The translations under genes were made by a program, and so were the position numbers. Below, piece by piece: positions 1-7,070 of a DNA stretch of 32,833 nucleotides. Under the pieces are notes generated by a model, which had not been told where the DNA came from, did not search any database, and saw only the letters and a list, made by a program, of their open reading frames with translations. How positions within the stretch are numbered: the first letter of the stretch is position 1; each line of letters starts with the position of its first letter. This DNA is from Rhodothermaceae bacterium (GTDB lineage Bacteria; Bacteroidota; Rhodothermia; Rhodothermales; JAHEMB01), in the NCBI GenBank assembly GCA_024643915.1, contig JAHEMB010000001.1:1-32833 (forward strand), given 5' to 3'.

Positions 1-470
1 AGATTGGTGAAGCCGGGGAGCGCGGGGAGGTCTTCAGAGGCAGCGGGTTCTTCCGCGAAGGCGTCGTGCGGAAAGGTCTTGAGGAGGGTGATCTGACCGG
101 CGGTGACGCCCAGCAGCAGCACCTCGCCCCCGCAGGCAACGAGCCGAAGCTGCTGGTTCGGGGCAAGCTGGGCCTGGCCGAGGGTCTCGATGCACGCGCC
201 GCCGTTGCCGGTGGGCCGCGTGCGCTGCTTCAGGTAGAAGGCAAAGGCAGCGCCGCCTGCCAGCAGCAGGAGCGTCACGGCGTAGCCCGGCGTCAGCAGT
301 TTCGGCGAAGCGGTGCCCGTGACGGTGGTCTGGGAAGGTGATGACGTTGGGGGAGCAGCCGCCAGGCGCGTGGCGCCCCACAGTAGCACGAGGGCCACGC
401 CGAAGAAGAGCGCGCGTCGTAGGGCCTGCCGGGCAGCCGGTGCCTTTTCCTGAGAAAGCGAGGGCAGCAT
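1..470 (-). CDS. fliO: Flagellar biosynthesis protein FliO, N-terminal part (gene continues beyond the left window edge)
   Basis: Absent from the ORF track because it has no stop in the window. Hand translation of the minus strand from ATG 470-468 gives MLPSLSQEKAPAARQALRRALFFGVALVLLWGA...GYAVTLLLLAGGAAFAFYLKQR...QLRLVACGGEVLLLGVTAGQITLLKTFPHD. The frame stays open to base 1. Hydrophobic helix followed by a '..vLLLGVt...i.lL' segment, and the position directly after fliN, fit FliO. The minus strand reads TGAGGTGATCGGATG, so the fliN stop, a GAGGTGA Shine-Dalgarno-like site and the ATG are packed together. Confidence 0.6.
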   Translation of the reverse strand, partial: MLPSLSQEKAPAARQALRRALFFGVALVLLWGATRLAAAPPTSSPSQTTVTGTASPKLLTPGYAVTLLLLAGGAAFAFYLKQRTRPTGNGGACIETLGQAQLAPNQQLRLVACGGEVLLLGVTAGQITLLKTFPHDAFAEEPAASEDLPALPGFTN

Positions 471-479
471 CCGATCACC

Positions 480-1271
480 TCAAAAGAGTGGGTTGGCAGC
501 GGCGGCGGCGAGGCGCGTGATCCGCACGCCGAACTGCTCGTCCACCACGACGGCCTCTCCCTCGGCGATGAGCCGCCCGTTGGCATAAACGGAAAGCGGC
601 TCGCCGACGAGTTTTTCCAACTCCACGACGCTGCCTTTGGTGAGGCGTAGCACGTCGGACAGGGGCAGGCGGCGGCGGCCCAGTTCTACCGTCACCTCCA
701 GCTCTACCTCGGCCAGCACCTCGAAATGCCCCGTGGCGCCATCGCCCAGGTGCTCACTCCCGAAGTCGGGGAAAGCGGCGGAGGCGAGGGGGTCATCGTG
801 GGCGGCAGGGGGTGGGGCGGGCCAGAGGGCGAAGCCGCCCAGATCCTGGCTGCCCATCTGCACGCTGAACGAGACGGTCCAGAGCGCCCCGGGCAGTCGC
901 TCAGCCGGCAAGGGCGTGCCGGGGGCGCGCACCTCGAACGACGGGGCCTCTGCGCCGAAGCCGAGGGCGGGCGACAGGGCGGTGTAGCCCTGCGCCACGG
1001 CCTGCCGGATGGCGTCCGGGCCATCCTCGGCGCTGTTCGCTTTCGTCAGCAAGGGCAGCCAGTCTGCCTCTACCACGAGGGCGAAGTTGCCGGGCGTGCC
1101 GGCGCCCATCACCACGAAATGGCCGTTCATCCATTCCTCCACCTCGGCCAGCCGAGTCGAGACCGGAGCACCGAGGTTGAGGTGCGCTTCTTCCTGCAAG
1201 AGGGTCTTGAGGAAAGCGCGCAGGGGGCCCTGGATGAGGGCGATCTGTTGCTGTAGTTCAGTCGTGCTCAT
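480..1271 (-). CDS. fliN: Flagellar motor switch protein FliN, long FliY-like form
   Basis: ORF 480..1331 (1331 is GTG). The C-terminal ~80 aa (FEVLAEVELEVTVELGRRRLPLSDVLRLTKGSVVELEKLVGEPLSVYANGRLIAEGEAVVVDEQFGVRITRL) is a textbook FliN/SpoA domain. Start placed at ATG 1271 (MSTTELQQ), which overlaps the fliM stop by 14 nt. ATG 1295 and GTG 1331 are alternatives. The ~170-aa N-terminal extension is unassigned. Confidence 0.85.
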   Translation of the reverse strand: MSTTELQQQIALIQGPLRAFLKTLLQEEAHLNLGAPVSTRLAEVEEWMNGHFVVMGAGTPGNFALVVEADWLPLLTKANSAEDGPDAIRQAVAQGYTALSPALGFGAEAPSFEVRAPGTPLPAERLPGALWTVSFSVQMGSQDLGGFALWPAPPPAAHDDPLASAAFPDFGSEHLGDGATGHFEVLAEVELEVTVELGRRRLPLSDVLRLTKGSVVELEKLVGEPLSVYANGRLIAEGEAVVVDEQFGVRITRLAAAAANPLF

Positions 1272-2226
1272 CGTCACGCGGTCTCGGGGGTTCATAGATT
1301 TCGAGGATGCGGAGGGCGCGGCGGCGGCCACTCTTGCCGGGCGCCGCGCGGAAGCGGCAATGCTGATCGACGAAGATGCGGATGGGGGCCTGCACGCGCT
1401 GCTGCAAGGGGATCACGTCACCGGGCTGGAGCCGGGCGAGGTCGCGGATGGGCAGGGCGGCCCGGCCCAGCTCCGCCCGCATCTCTACGGAGACGGTGCG
1501 CACCGTGCGCTCGTATTCCTCCCGCTCCGCTTTCGGGAGGGGGTGGGCGGCCGGGGTGGAGGGGGCATGCGGGCGGGCATTGCGAAGGAGCGGCTCGATC
1601 AAGCTACACGGGTAGCACAGCTTGAGGAAAGCCGCCTGGTCGTAGACGGTCACCTCGTAGCCAACGAGCACGGTGGGCTCCGGGCGCGGCATCACCTGGG
1701 CGTAGGCGGCATCCGCCTCGAAGCCGACCGTCTCGAACCGGACGGCGGTGGCCGGGCGCCAGGCGGCTTCGAGTTCGCGGAGGGCGTGGGCCGTTACCTT
1801 GCTCATCATGCCCTGCTCGATCTGCGAGAGTGCCCGGGCTTCGCCCAGCCCGTGCGCCGTCCCGCCGAAGAGCCGCTCGACGATGAAGCCGGCAAGGCGC
1901 GGATCGACCTCCAGCAGGAAGCGGGGCGTGTGCCCCTGCGCCGCCGCCACGTAGAGCGCCGACGGCGGCGTGCTGCCCTCGACGAACCCGGCGTAGGGTA
2001 TCTGGTCGAGGGTCGCCAGGCGGAGGTCGACGATGGTGCGGAGGCGGGCCGAGAGGTGCACCGAAAGGTCGCGGGCGAACGTCTCGTGCACGCTGTTGAG
2101 CAGGCGCATCTGCTCCTGCCCGAAGCGACGCGGCTGCCGGAAGTCGTAGCTTTGCGCACGCTCTTCCGGGGCCGCCGCCAGGGGGGCCGGGATCAGTTGC
2201 AGGCTCTCTGATAGCTTCTTGATCAT
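1258..2226 (-). CDS. fliM: Flagellar motor switch protein FliM
   Basis: 322-aa ORF with ATG at 2226. Recognisable FliM middle region (LLEVDPRLAGFIVERLFGG) and C-terminal SpoA-like segment (VSVEMRAELGRAALPIRDLARLQPGDVIPL). Lies between fliL and fliN. Confidence 0.9.
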   Translation of the reverse strand: MIKKLSESLQLIPAPLAAAPEERAQSYDFRQPRRFGQEQMRLLNSVHETFARDLSVHLSARLRTIVDLRLATLDQIPYAGFVEGSTPPSALYVAAAQGHTPRFLLEVDPRLAGFIVERLFGGTAHGLGEARALSQIEQGMMSKVTAHALRELEAAWRPATAVRFETVGFEADAAYAQVMPRPEPTVLVGYEVTVYDQAAFLKLCYPCSLIEPLLRNARPHAPSTPAAHPLPKAEREEYERTVRTVSVEMRAELGRAALPIRDLARLQPGDVIPLQQRVQAPIRIFVDQHCRFRAAPGKSGRRRALRILEIYEPPRPRDDEHD

Positions 2227-2233
2227 GTGCGCG

Positions 2234-2785
2234 TTACTGAAGCACGTACTGGGTGAAATAGAGGCGCGTCACTTTGCCGCGGTGTAGCACCGCGTTGACG
2301 GCGCCGCGCAGCTCCTCTTTGAGGGCAGGGCGCTGTTCGATGGCGGCCAGATCGTCCACCGTGCGCAGGCCCAGCACCTTCAGGATGGTGTCGCGCACGA
2401 CGACCTCTTTCTCGGCAAGCTCCTCCAATACCTTCTCCGATTCGCTCTCCAGGGCCACATTCACCATCAGGTAGCGCCGCCCGGCGGAGCCCGCCGGGTT
2501 GACGATGAGGCCCTGGATCTCGCTGAAATGGCCGTACTCGATGGGCGCGTCGGCGTCGGTGCTGTCGGCGCCGGCAAGGGCGGTGGTGGCGCCGGCCAGG
2601 AGGCCGTACTGGCTGTAGGCCACCCACGCGCCGCCCCCGGCTGCCAGCAACACGACGGGCACCAGGATCAGCCAGAAGCGGCTTTTCTTTTTCGGTTCAA
2701 GGGTCTCTTCCAAGGTCTCCGACGACACTTCTACAGCATCGTCGGTTGGATTTGCGCCGGGGGCGTCTTGCTTTCGTGTGGCCAT
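2234..2785 (-). CDS. fliL: Flagellar basal-body-associated protein FliL
   Basis: 183 aa. Lys-rich N-terminus, single TM helix (FWLILVPVVLLAAGGGAWVAY), then the FliL-type C-terminal domain (YLMVNVALESESEKVLEEL...RLYFTQYVLQ). ATG 2785 overlaps the motB 3' end by 55 nt. GTG 2728, 3 nt after the motB stop, is an alternative start. Confidence 0.85.
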   Translation of the reverse strand: MATRKQDAPGANPTDDAVEVSSETLEETLEPKKKSRFWLILVPVVLLAAGGGAWVAYSQYGLLAGATTALAGADSTDADAPIEYGHFSEIQGLIVNPAGSAGRRYLMVNVALESESEKVLEELAEKEVVVRDTILKVLGLRTVDDLAAIEQRPALKEELRGAVNAVLHRGKVTRLYFTQYVLQ

Positions 2786-3483
2786 GGTTTCCAGCTAAAA
2801 AGGATTTCTACGCGGCGGTTGCGGGCGCGGGCTGCGGGGGAGCCGCGTGTGTCGATGGGGCGGTGCTCGCCGTAGCCGATGGCAACGTAGCGTGACGGCT
2901 CCAGCGCGTGCCCCTGCGCCAGCAGAAACCGCACCACCGAGGCCGCCCGCGCCGCCGACAGCTCCCAGTTCGAGGGGAACCGTTCGGTGTGGATGGGGCG
3001 GTCGTCTGTGTGCCCTTCCACCTTCACGGCCTGCACCTTGGCGTCGAGCATCCCGCCGATGAGGCGGAGCACCGTCCGCGACGGCTCGATCAGCTCGGCC
3101 TCGCCCGAGTCGAACATGAGGGAGTCGGTGATGACAATGTGGAGGCCGTCTTCGGTCAGGTTCACCTGCACCTTGTCTTCGAGGTCCTGCACGGAGAGGT
3201 AGGTCATCAACTCCTCGTAGCTCTCGGCCTGCTCGCGCGTCTCGAGGGCTTCCATCAGGTCGCGCCGCTGGATCGTCGTGATGGCGTCGGTGCTTTCGAG
3301 GACGTCGACGTCGCCCTGGAAGTAGCTGAGGGCCTCTTTGAACTTCTTCACCTCCACCTCGGACATCGCCACGATCATGACGAAAAAGGTGAGGAGGAGC
3401 GTGACCATGTCGCTGAACGTGGTCATCCAGAACGGCGCCGTCGGCTCGTCGTCCTCGCTGTCTATGTTGAAGTCGTCGTTCAT
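2731..3483 (-). CDS. motB: Flagellar stator protein MotB (OmpA-like peptidoglycan-binding C-terminus)
   Basis: 250 aa. N-terminal plug/TM region with the conserved Asp (FWMTTFSDMVTLLLTFFVMI). OmpA-like C-terminal domain (VEGHTDDRPI...SNWELSAARAASVVRFL...NRRVEILF). Directly follows motA. Confidence 0.9.
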   Translation of the reverse strand: MNDDFNIDSEDDEPTAPFWMTTFSDMVTLLLTFFVMIVAMSEVEVKKFKEALSYFQGDVDVLESTDAITTIQRRDLMEALETREQAESYEELMTYLSVQDLEDKVQVNLTEDGLHIVITDSLMFDSGEAELIEPSRTVLRLIGGMLDAKVQAVKVEGHTDDRPIHTERFPSNWELSAARAASVVRFLLAQGHALEPSRYVAIGYGEHRPIDTRGSPAARARNRRVEILFSWKPWPHESKTPPAQIQPTML

Positions 3484-3501
3484 GCGGGGCGTGCGCGGGG
3501 G

Positions 3502-4290
3502 TCAGGCGGCTTTGGCGAGGGGCGTCGGGGCGGGGACGTCGGCGTCCTCGTTGCCGGGGAGGAAGAGGCGGAGCTGCTTCTCGATCATGCTGGGGCTCTC
3601 GCCCTGCACGATGGCGAGCACGCCTGTCTGGGCCATCTCGCGCACCTTCAGCACTTCGCCCGTCTGCGCCCGCATCTTGTTGCCGAAGGGCAGGAAGAGC
3701 AGGTTGGCGATGAGGGCGCCGTAGAAGGTGGTGATGAGCGCCACCGCCATGGCCGGCCCCACCGCCGAGGGGTCGGTCAGGTTCTGGAGCATCTGTATGA
3801 GGCCAATGAGCGTGCCCACCATGCCGAAGGCGGGGGCGTAGGTGCCCGCCGTGGTGAAGAATTTGGCGGTGAGCTGGCGCTGCTGCATCTCTTCCCGCAG
3901 GCGACGGCCCATCATCTCGCGGATCGCGGCTTCCTCCACGCCGTCTACGGCCATCTCCATCCCGAAGCGGGTGAAGGCATCCTCGATCTCGCCCAGACGG
4001 CGGTCGAGGGCGAGGAGGCCCTCGCGGCGGGCCACGCGCGCCAGCTCGGCAAACGTCTCGACCACCTCCCTTCTGTCGGGCGTCTGGAAGGTGAAGAAGG
4101 CCTTAAAGCCCTGGAGGCTCTGCTTGAACTCGTCGATGGTGTAGCCGACGAGGAGGGCCGCTACCGTACCGCCCATCACGAGCACAAAGGAGGCCCCGTC
4201 GAAAAACGTCTGCCACCCTTCGCCCATGAAGATGGCACCGTAAACCAGCAGCAGGCCCGTCACGAGGCCGATGAGCGTTGATTTCTCCAT
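3502..4290 (-). CDS. motA: Flagellar stator protein MotA
   Basis: 262 aa with four hydrophobic segments. Conserved C-terminal MotA/TolQ/ExbB channel region (AFGMVGTLIGLIQML...MAVALITTFYGALIANLLFLP). Confidence 0.9.
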   Translation of the reverse strand: MEKSTLIGLVTGLLLVYGAIFMGEGWQTFFDGASFVLVMGGTVAALLVGYTIDEFKQSLQGFKAFFTFQTPDRREVVETFAELARVARREGLLALDRRLGEIEDAFTRFGMEMAVDGVEEAAIREMMGRRLREEMQQRQLTAKFFTTAGTYAPAFGMVGTLIGLIQMLQNLTDPSAVGPAMAVALITTFYGALIANLLFLPFGNKMRAQTGEVLKVREMAQTGVLAIVQGESPSMIEKQLRLFLPGNEDADVPAPTPLAKAA

Positions 4291-4337
4291 GTCGAGCGAG
4301 GCTACAGATAAAGGACTTCAGAGACACGCCGCCCCCT

Positions 4338-4353
4338 TGCAACCCGTCTGCCA
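4338..4353 (-). promoter_or_regulatory. Sigma-54 (RpoN) -24/-12 promoter for motA-motB-fliL-fliM-fliN-fliO
   Basis: The minus strand reads TTGGCAGACGGGTTGCA, i.e. TGGCA-N6-TTGCA with exact GG-N10-GC spacing (consensus TGGCAC-N5-TTGCA). The -12 GC lies ~48 nt upstream of the motA ATG. A sigma-54 activator is encoded in the same window. Confidence 0.65.
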
Positions 4354-4437
4354 ATTGCGCCCCGCCCCCTTCCGCGCGGTTTCTGCCGCCCGATGCGGAA
4401 AGATGTGGAGGCGACGGCGGAAAAGGTTGCCTTCTGT

Positions 4438-4580
4438 GAGTCGGAGAGCCGAAGAAATAATGAGACGAGGAACCGAGGAATCGAGGAATCGAAGACAGGA
4501 CTTTCCTGCATAGCACTTCGATTCTTCGTCTCTTCGATTCCTCGATTCACCAAATCCCCGGCTCTCCGACTCCCCGACTC
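4438..4580. repeat. Octamer-periodic imperfect palindrome (57-nt arms, 21-nt loop); same family as 15029-15139
   Basis: Left arm is consecutive 8-mers GAGTCGGA GAGCCGAA GAAATAAT GAGACGAG GAACCGAG GAATCGAG GAATCGAA. Right arm is CTTCGATT CTTCGTCT CTTCGATT CCTCGATT CACCAAAT CCCCGGCT CTCCGACT CCCCGACT. Arms 4438-4494 and 4516-4572 are 44/57 complementary without gaps, including a perfect 14-bp outer clamp. Confidence 0.85.
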
Positions 4581-4585
4581 AAAAA

Positions 4586-5806
4586 CTACCGTTTGAGCTG
4601 TACGAGTTCTTGCAACAGCTCGTCGGAGGTGGTGATGACGCGGGCGGAAGCCTGGTAGCCGCGCTGCGTCACGATCATATCGGTGAATTCGGTCGCCAGG
4701 TCCACGTTGCCCATCTCGAGGGCACCCGAGACGACGTTGGCGCTGACTTCGCTGCCGGCCCTGCCCACGACGAGTTCTCCGGCAGCGGCGGTGACGCCGT
4801 AGAGGTTCTGGCCGAGCTGCTCCAACCCGTTCGGGTTGTTGACGTCACCCACGGCGAGCTGGAAGGCCGCCTCGCGCTGGCCGTTGGAGAAGTTGAGGTA
4901 GAGCGTGCCCTCGGCGTCGAAGCTGTAGCCCATCATCTCGCCCGCGCCGTAGCCATCCTGAGAGTGGATACTGATCGTGGTCGAGCCGCTGTATTGCGTC
5001 AGGCTCGACACGTCGATCTTGAAGCTGCCCGAGGTGACGTAGTTCGGATCCCAGTCGAGCGAGATCTCGGGCGGGGTATCCATCCGCCCCTCCGTGTTGA
5101 ATGTCATCGAGCCAGAGGCGGCGGCGAAGGGCGGAGGGGTGGCGTCGCCCTGGTAGGCCACGTCATACGACCACTCGTTTTCGGCTGTCTTGGTGAAGGT
5201 GATGAGGGCGGTATGGGTGCGCCCCTGCTCGTCGTAAACCACGGCCGTCATGGGAGAGACGTCCCCCACCTCAGCATCGGCCGAGAGGTTGCCGCCTGAG
5301 AGGGCGTTTTCGGAGAAGCGCGGCGGGCCGGTCATCTCAGGGTCGATCTGCACGTCGCGCAGGGTGCCCGTATCCACGTTGCCGTCGCGGTCGTAGCTCC
5401 AGCCCTGCACGTTGAGGCCGCCGGCGGTGACGAGCCTGCCCTCGCCGTCGAACATGAAGTTGCCGGCCCGCGTGAGCATGTTGCCCTCGCCGCCGTTCAC
5501 CACGAAGAAGCCGTCGCCGTCGAGGGAGAGGTCGGTGGCGAGGTTGGTGTAGGTGAACGCGCCCTGCGCCCAGTTCTGGTCGATGGAGCCGACGGACACG
5601 CCCTGCCCCACCACGGCGGGGTTGATGCCGTTGCCGCCGCTGAGCCGGCTCACGCCGATCATCTGCTGCCCGAAGACCTCCTGAAAGGCCGCGCGGCTGC
5701 GCTTGAAGGCGACCGTGTTGACGTTCGCAATGTTGTTGCCGATGATGTCCATGCGGACCTGCTGGCTACGTAGTCCGCTGATGCCGGTGTAAAGGGATCG
5801 CATCAT
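4586..5806 (-). CDS. flgE: Flagellar hook protein FlgE
   Basis: 406 aa. N-terminal rod/hook motif (MMRSLYTGISGLRSQQVRMDIIGNNIANVNTVAFK) and C-terminal motif (LEMGNVDLATEFTDMIVTQRGYQASARVITTSDELLQELVQLKR). Strong AGGAGG Shine-Dalgarno site 9 nt upstream of the ATG. Confidence 0.92.
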   Translation of the reverse strand: MMRSLYTGISGLRSQQVRMDIIGNNIANVNTVAFKRSRAAFQEVFGQQMIGVSRLSGGNGINPAVVGQGVSVGSIDQNWAQGAFTYTNLATDLSLDGDGFFVVNGGEGNMLTRAGNFMFDGEGRLVTAGGLNVQGWSYDRDGNVDTGTLRDVQIDPEMTGPPRFSENALSGGNLSADAEVGDVSPMTAVVYDEQGRTHTALITFTKTAENEWSYDVAYQGDATPPPFAAASGSMTFNTEGRMDTPPEISLDWDPNYVTSGSFKIDVSSLTQYSGSTTISIHSQDGYGAGEMMGYSFDAEGTLYLNFSNGQREAAFQLAVGDVNNPNGLEQLGQNLYGVTAAAGELVVGRAGSEVSANVVSGALEMGNVDLATEFTDMIVTQRGYQASARVITTSDELLQELVQLKR

Positions 5807-5919
5807 GGTGTTTTTCCTCCTTCTGGATGTTGGCCCGCAGCGTCGGTCGTTCGGCTGCGGCCGGCGTCCCTTTCCGGGTCCCGCCGGGTGTTGCTGGGTA
5901 TGGTGATGGTGATGTTGGG

Positions 5920-6297
5920 TTAAAGCAGCATCGCGCTGTCGATGTCGGTAAAGGCGCGGTGCTGCATTTCCTGCTGCCCGAGGGCCGTCACCACCGTGCG
6001 GTTGGGCACGTTGACGACGAAGGCGGCGTCGGCGCGAAGCAAGAGGGCGTTCTGCGCGCCCTTGCCCGCTAGGTGCTCCATGGCGTCGCTGATCGACTGC
6101 CTGGCGTCATCGTCGAAGGCGATGTGGCGCGCTGCGAGGCGCTGCTGCGCGTGGGCCGACAGGCGGACGCCCCCGGCCTGCCGCAGCACGTCGTCGAAGG
6201 CGGCGCCGTTGCGCGGGGGCGTACCCGGCGCGGGCCGTGCGGTCGGCGCTACCGGGCGACCCGGATCGACGCGCGCGGCGAGTTGGCGAACATTCAT
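5920..6297 (-). CDS. Small 'flagellar operon protein' found between flgD and flgE (resembles the TIGR02530 family, from memory)
   Basis: 125 aa. Pattern F..VL......RLSAHAQQRLAARHIAF...........AMEHLAGKGAQNALLL..DAAFVVNVPNRTVVTA..........FTDIDSAML plus position between flgD and flgE, as in Firmicutes, Thermotogae and spirochaetes. Confidence 0.6.
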   Translation of the reverse strand: MNVRQLAARVDPGRPVAPTARPAPGTPPRNGAAFDDVLRQAGGVRLSAHAQQRLAARHIAFDDDARQSISDAMEHLAGKGAQNALLLRADAAFVVNVPNRTVVTALGQQEMQHRAFTDIDSAMLL

Positions 6298-6313
6298 GGC
6301 TTCCTCCGGGGAT

Positions 6314-7000
6314 CTAATCGGCGAGGATGCTCAGAATGTCCTCCAGGCCGATGGTGGAGTTGCCCAGGCGGAACGATACCCGCCCGTCTTCGAACACCAC
6401 CTGTTCGATGCGGCCGCGGAGGTACGCCCCGGCCTGCACCGGCTCGCCCTGCGGATCGGTCGCTTCCACGCTGAACGAGTAGGAGCCGTCGGGCAGGGTC
6501 GCGCCGCTGTCGTCGGCACCGTCCCACATGATTTCGTGCCGGCCCTCGGCGAGGGCGCCGGGCGTGAGGGTGCGGACGACCTGCCCCGCCTCATTCCGGA
6601 TGACGACCTTCACGTCGGTGGCGGCGCCGTCGAGCTTGAAGTGCAGCGGCCCTCCTTCACCGCCGTGCAGGCCCACCGTATGGCCGCGCGCCTCCACCGT
6701 TTTGCCCACCATGCCGGCGGCCATGCTGCTGTTGATGCCGTGCATGAGTTGGGCGTTCACGCCCGCGCTCGCTTCGAGCATGCTGCCGATGTGCATGAGC
6801 TGCTCGACGGAGGAGAACTGCGCCAGCTGCGCCGCGAACTCCTGCCCGTCCATCGGATTGAGCGGGTCCTGGTTGCTGAGCTGGGTCACCAGCATCAGCA
6901 TGAAGTCGTCCTTCCCCAGCGCCGTCGGGTCCGTACCCGATGGATCGCCGAAGCCGCCTGGTGGCGGGGGGGAGAAGGTTGGGTTGAAGGATGAGATCAT
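6314..7000 (-). CDS. flgD: Flagellar hook-capping/assembly protein FlgD
   Basis: 228 aa. Canonical FlgD N-terminal motif (LGKDDFMLMLVTQLSNQDPLNPMDGQEFAAQLAQFSSVEQL) followed by a beta-rich FlgD Ig-like region. Confidence 0.9.
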   Translation of the reverse strand: MISSFNPTFSPPPPGGFGDPSGTDPTALGKDDFMLMLVTQLSNQDPLNPMDGQEFAAQLAQFSSVEQLMHIGSMLEASAGVNAQLMHGINSSMAAGMVGKTVEARGHTVGLHGGEGGPLHFKLDGAATDVKVVIRNEAGQVVRTLTPGALAEGRHEIMWDGADDSGATLPDGSYSFSVEATDPQGEPVQAGAYLRGRIEQVVFEDGRVSFRLGNSTIGLEDILSILAD

Positions 7001-7027
7001 GATCTCTCGGGTTTGAGTGAAACGGAT

Positions 7028-7049
7028 GAAAAGGCGCTACTTGAGCGCC
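7028..7049 (-). terminator. Short hairpin plus T4 between fliK and flgD (possible weak attenuator)
   Basis: The minus strand reads GGCGCT-caagt-AGCGCC-TTTTC: a 6-bp GC stem, a 5-nt loop and four T. Weak, and internal to an operon. Confidence 0.25.
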
Positions 7050-7070
7050 GAGTGAACCAAAGGACGGGCC

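Noticed and set aside
4302-4553. ORFs 4302..4553 -, 4393..4596 + and 15015..15206 +, which give peptides such as IEETKNR, SSIPRFLVSLFL and IEEPKKRGIEDR.
   Set aside because: They are translations of the octamer-periodic palindromes. A period of 8 is not a codon multiple, both strands are 'open' only because the words lack stops, and the two arms give mirror-image peptides.
4438-4580. Whether the short tandem arrays (here and at 11372, 15029, 23624, 26221, 32651) could be CRISPR arrays.
   Set aside because: Units are 7-8 nt, contiguous and without spacers. They are degenerate rather than identical, and no cas genes are present. This is not CRISPR architecture.
5834-5919. Hairpins CCGCAGC-N12-GCTGCGG and CCGGCG...CGCCGG, and the GGTGAT GGTGAT repeat in the spacer upstream of flgE; also a weak GG-N10-GC there.
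   Set aside because: Short GC stems are expected at this base composition. There is no T tract, no consensus flanks for sigma-54, and the repeat has only two copies. This is not enough to call a feature.
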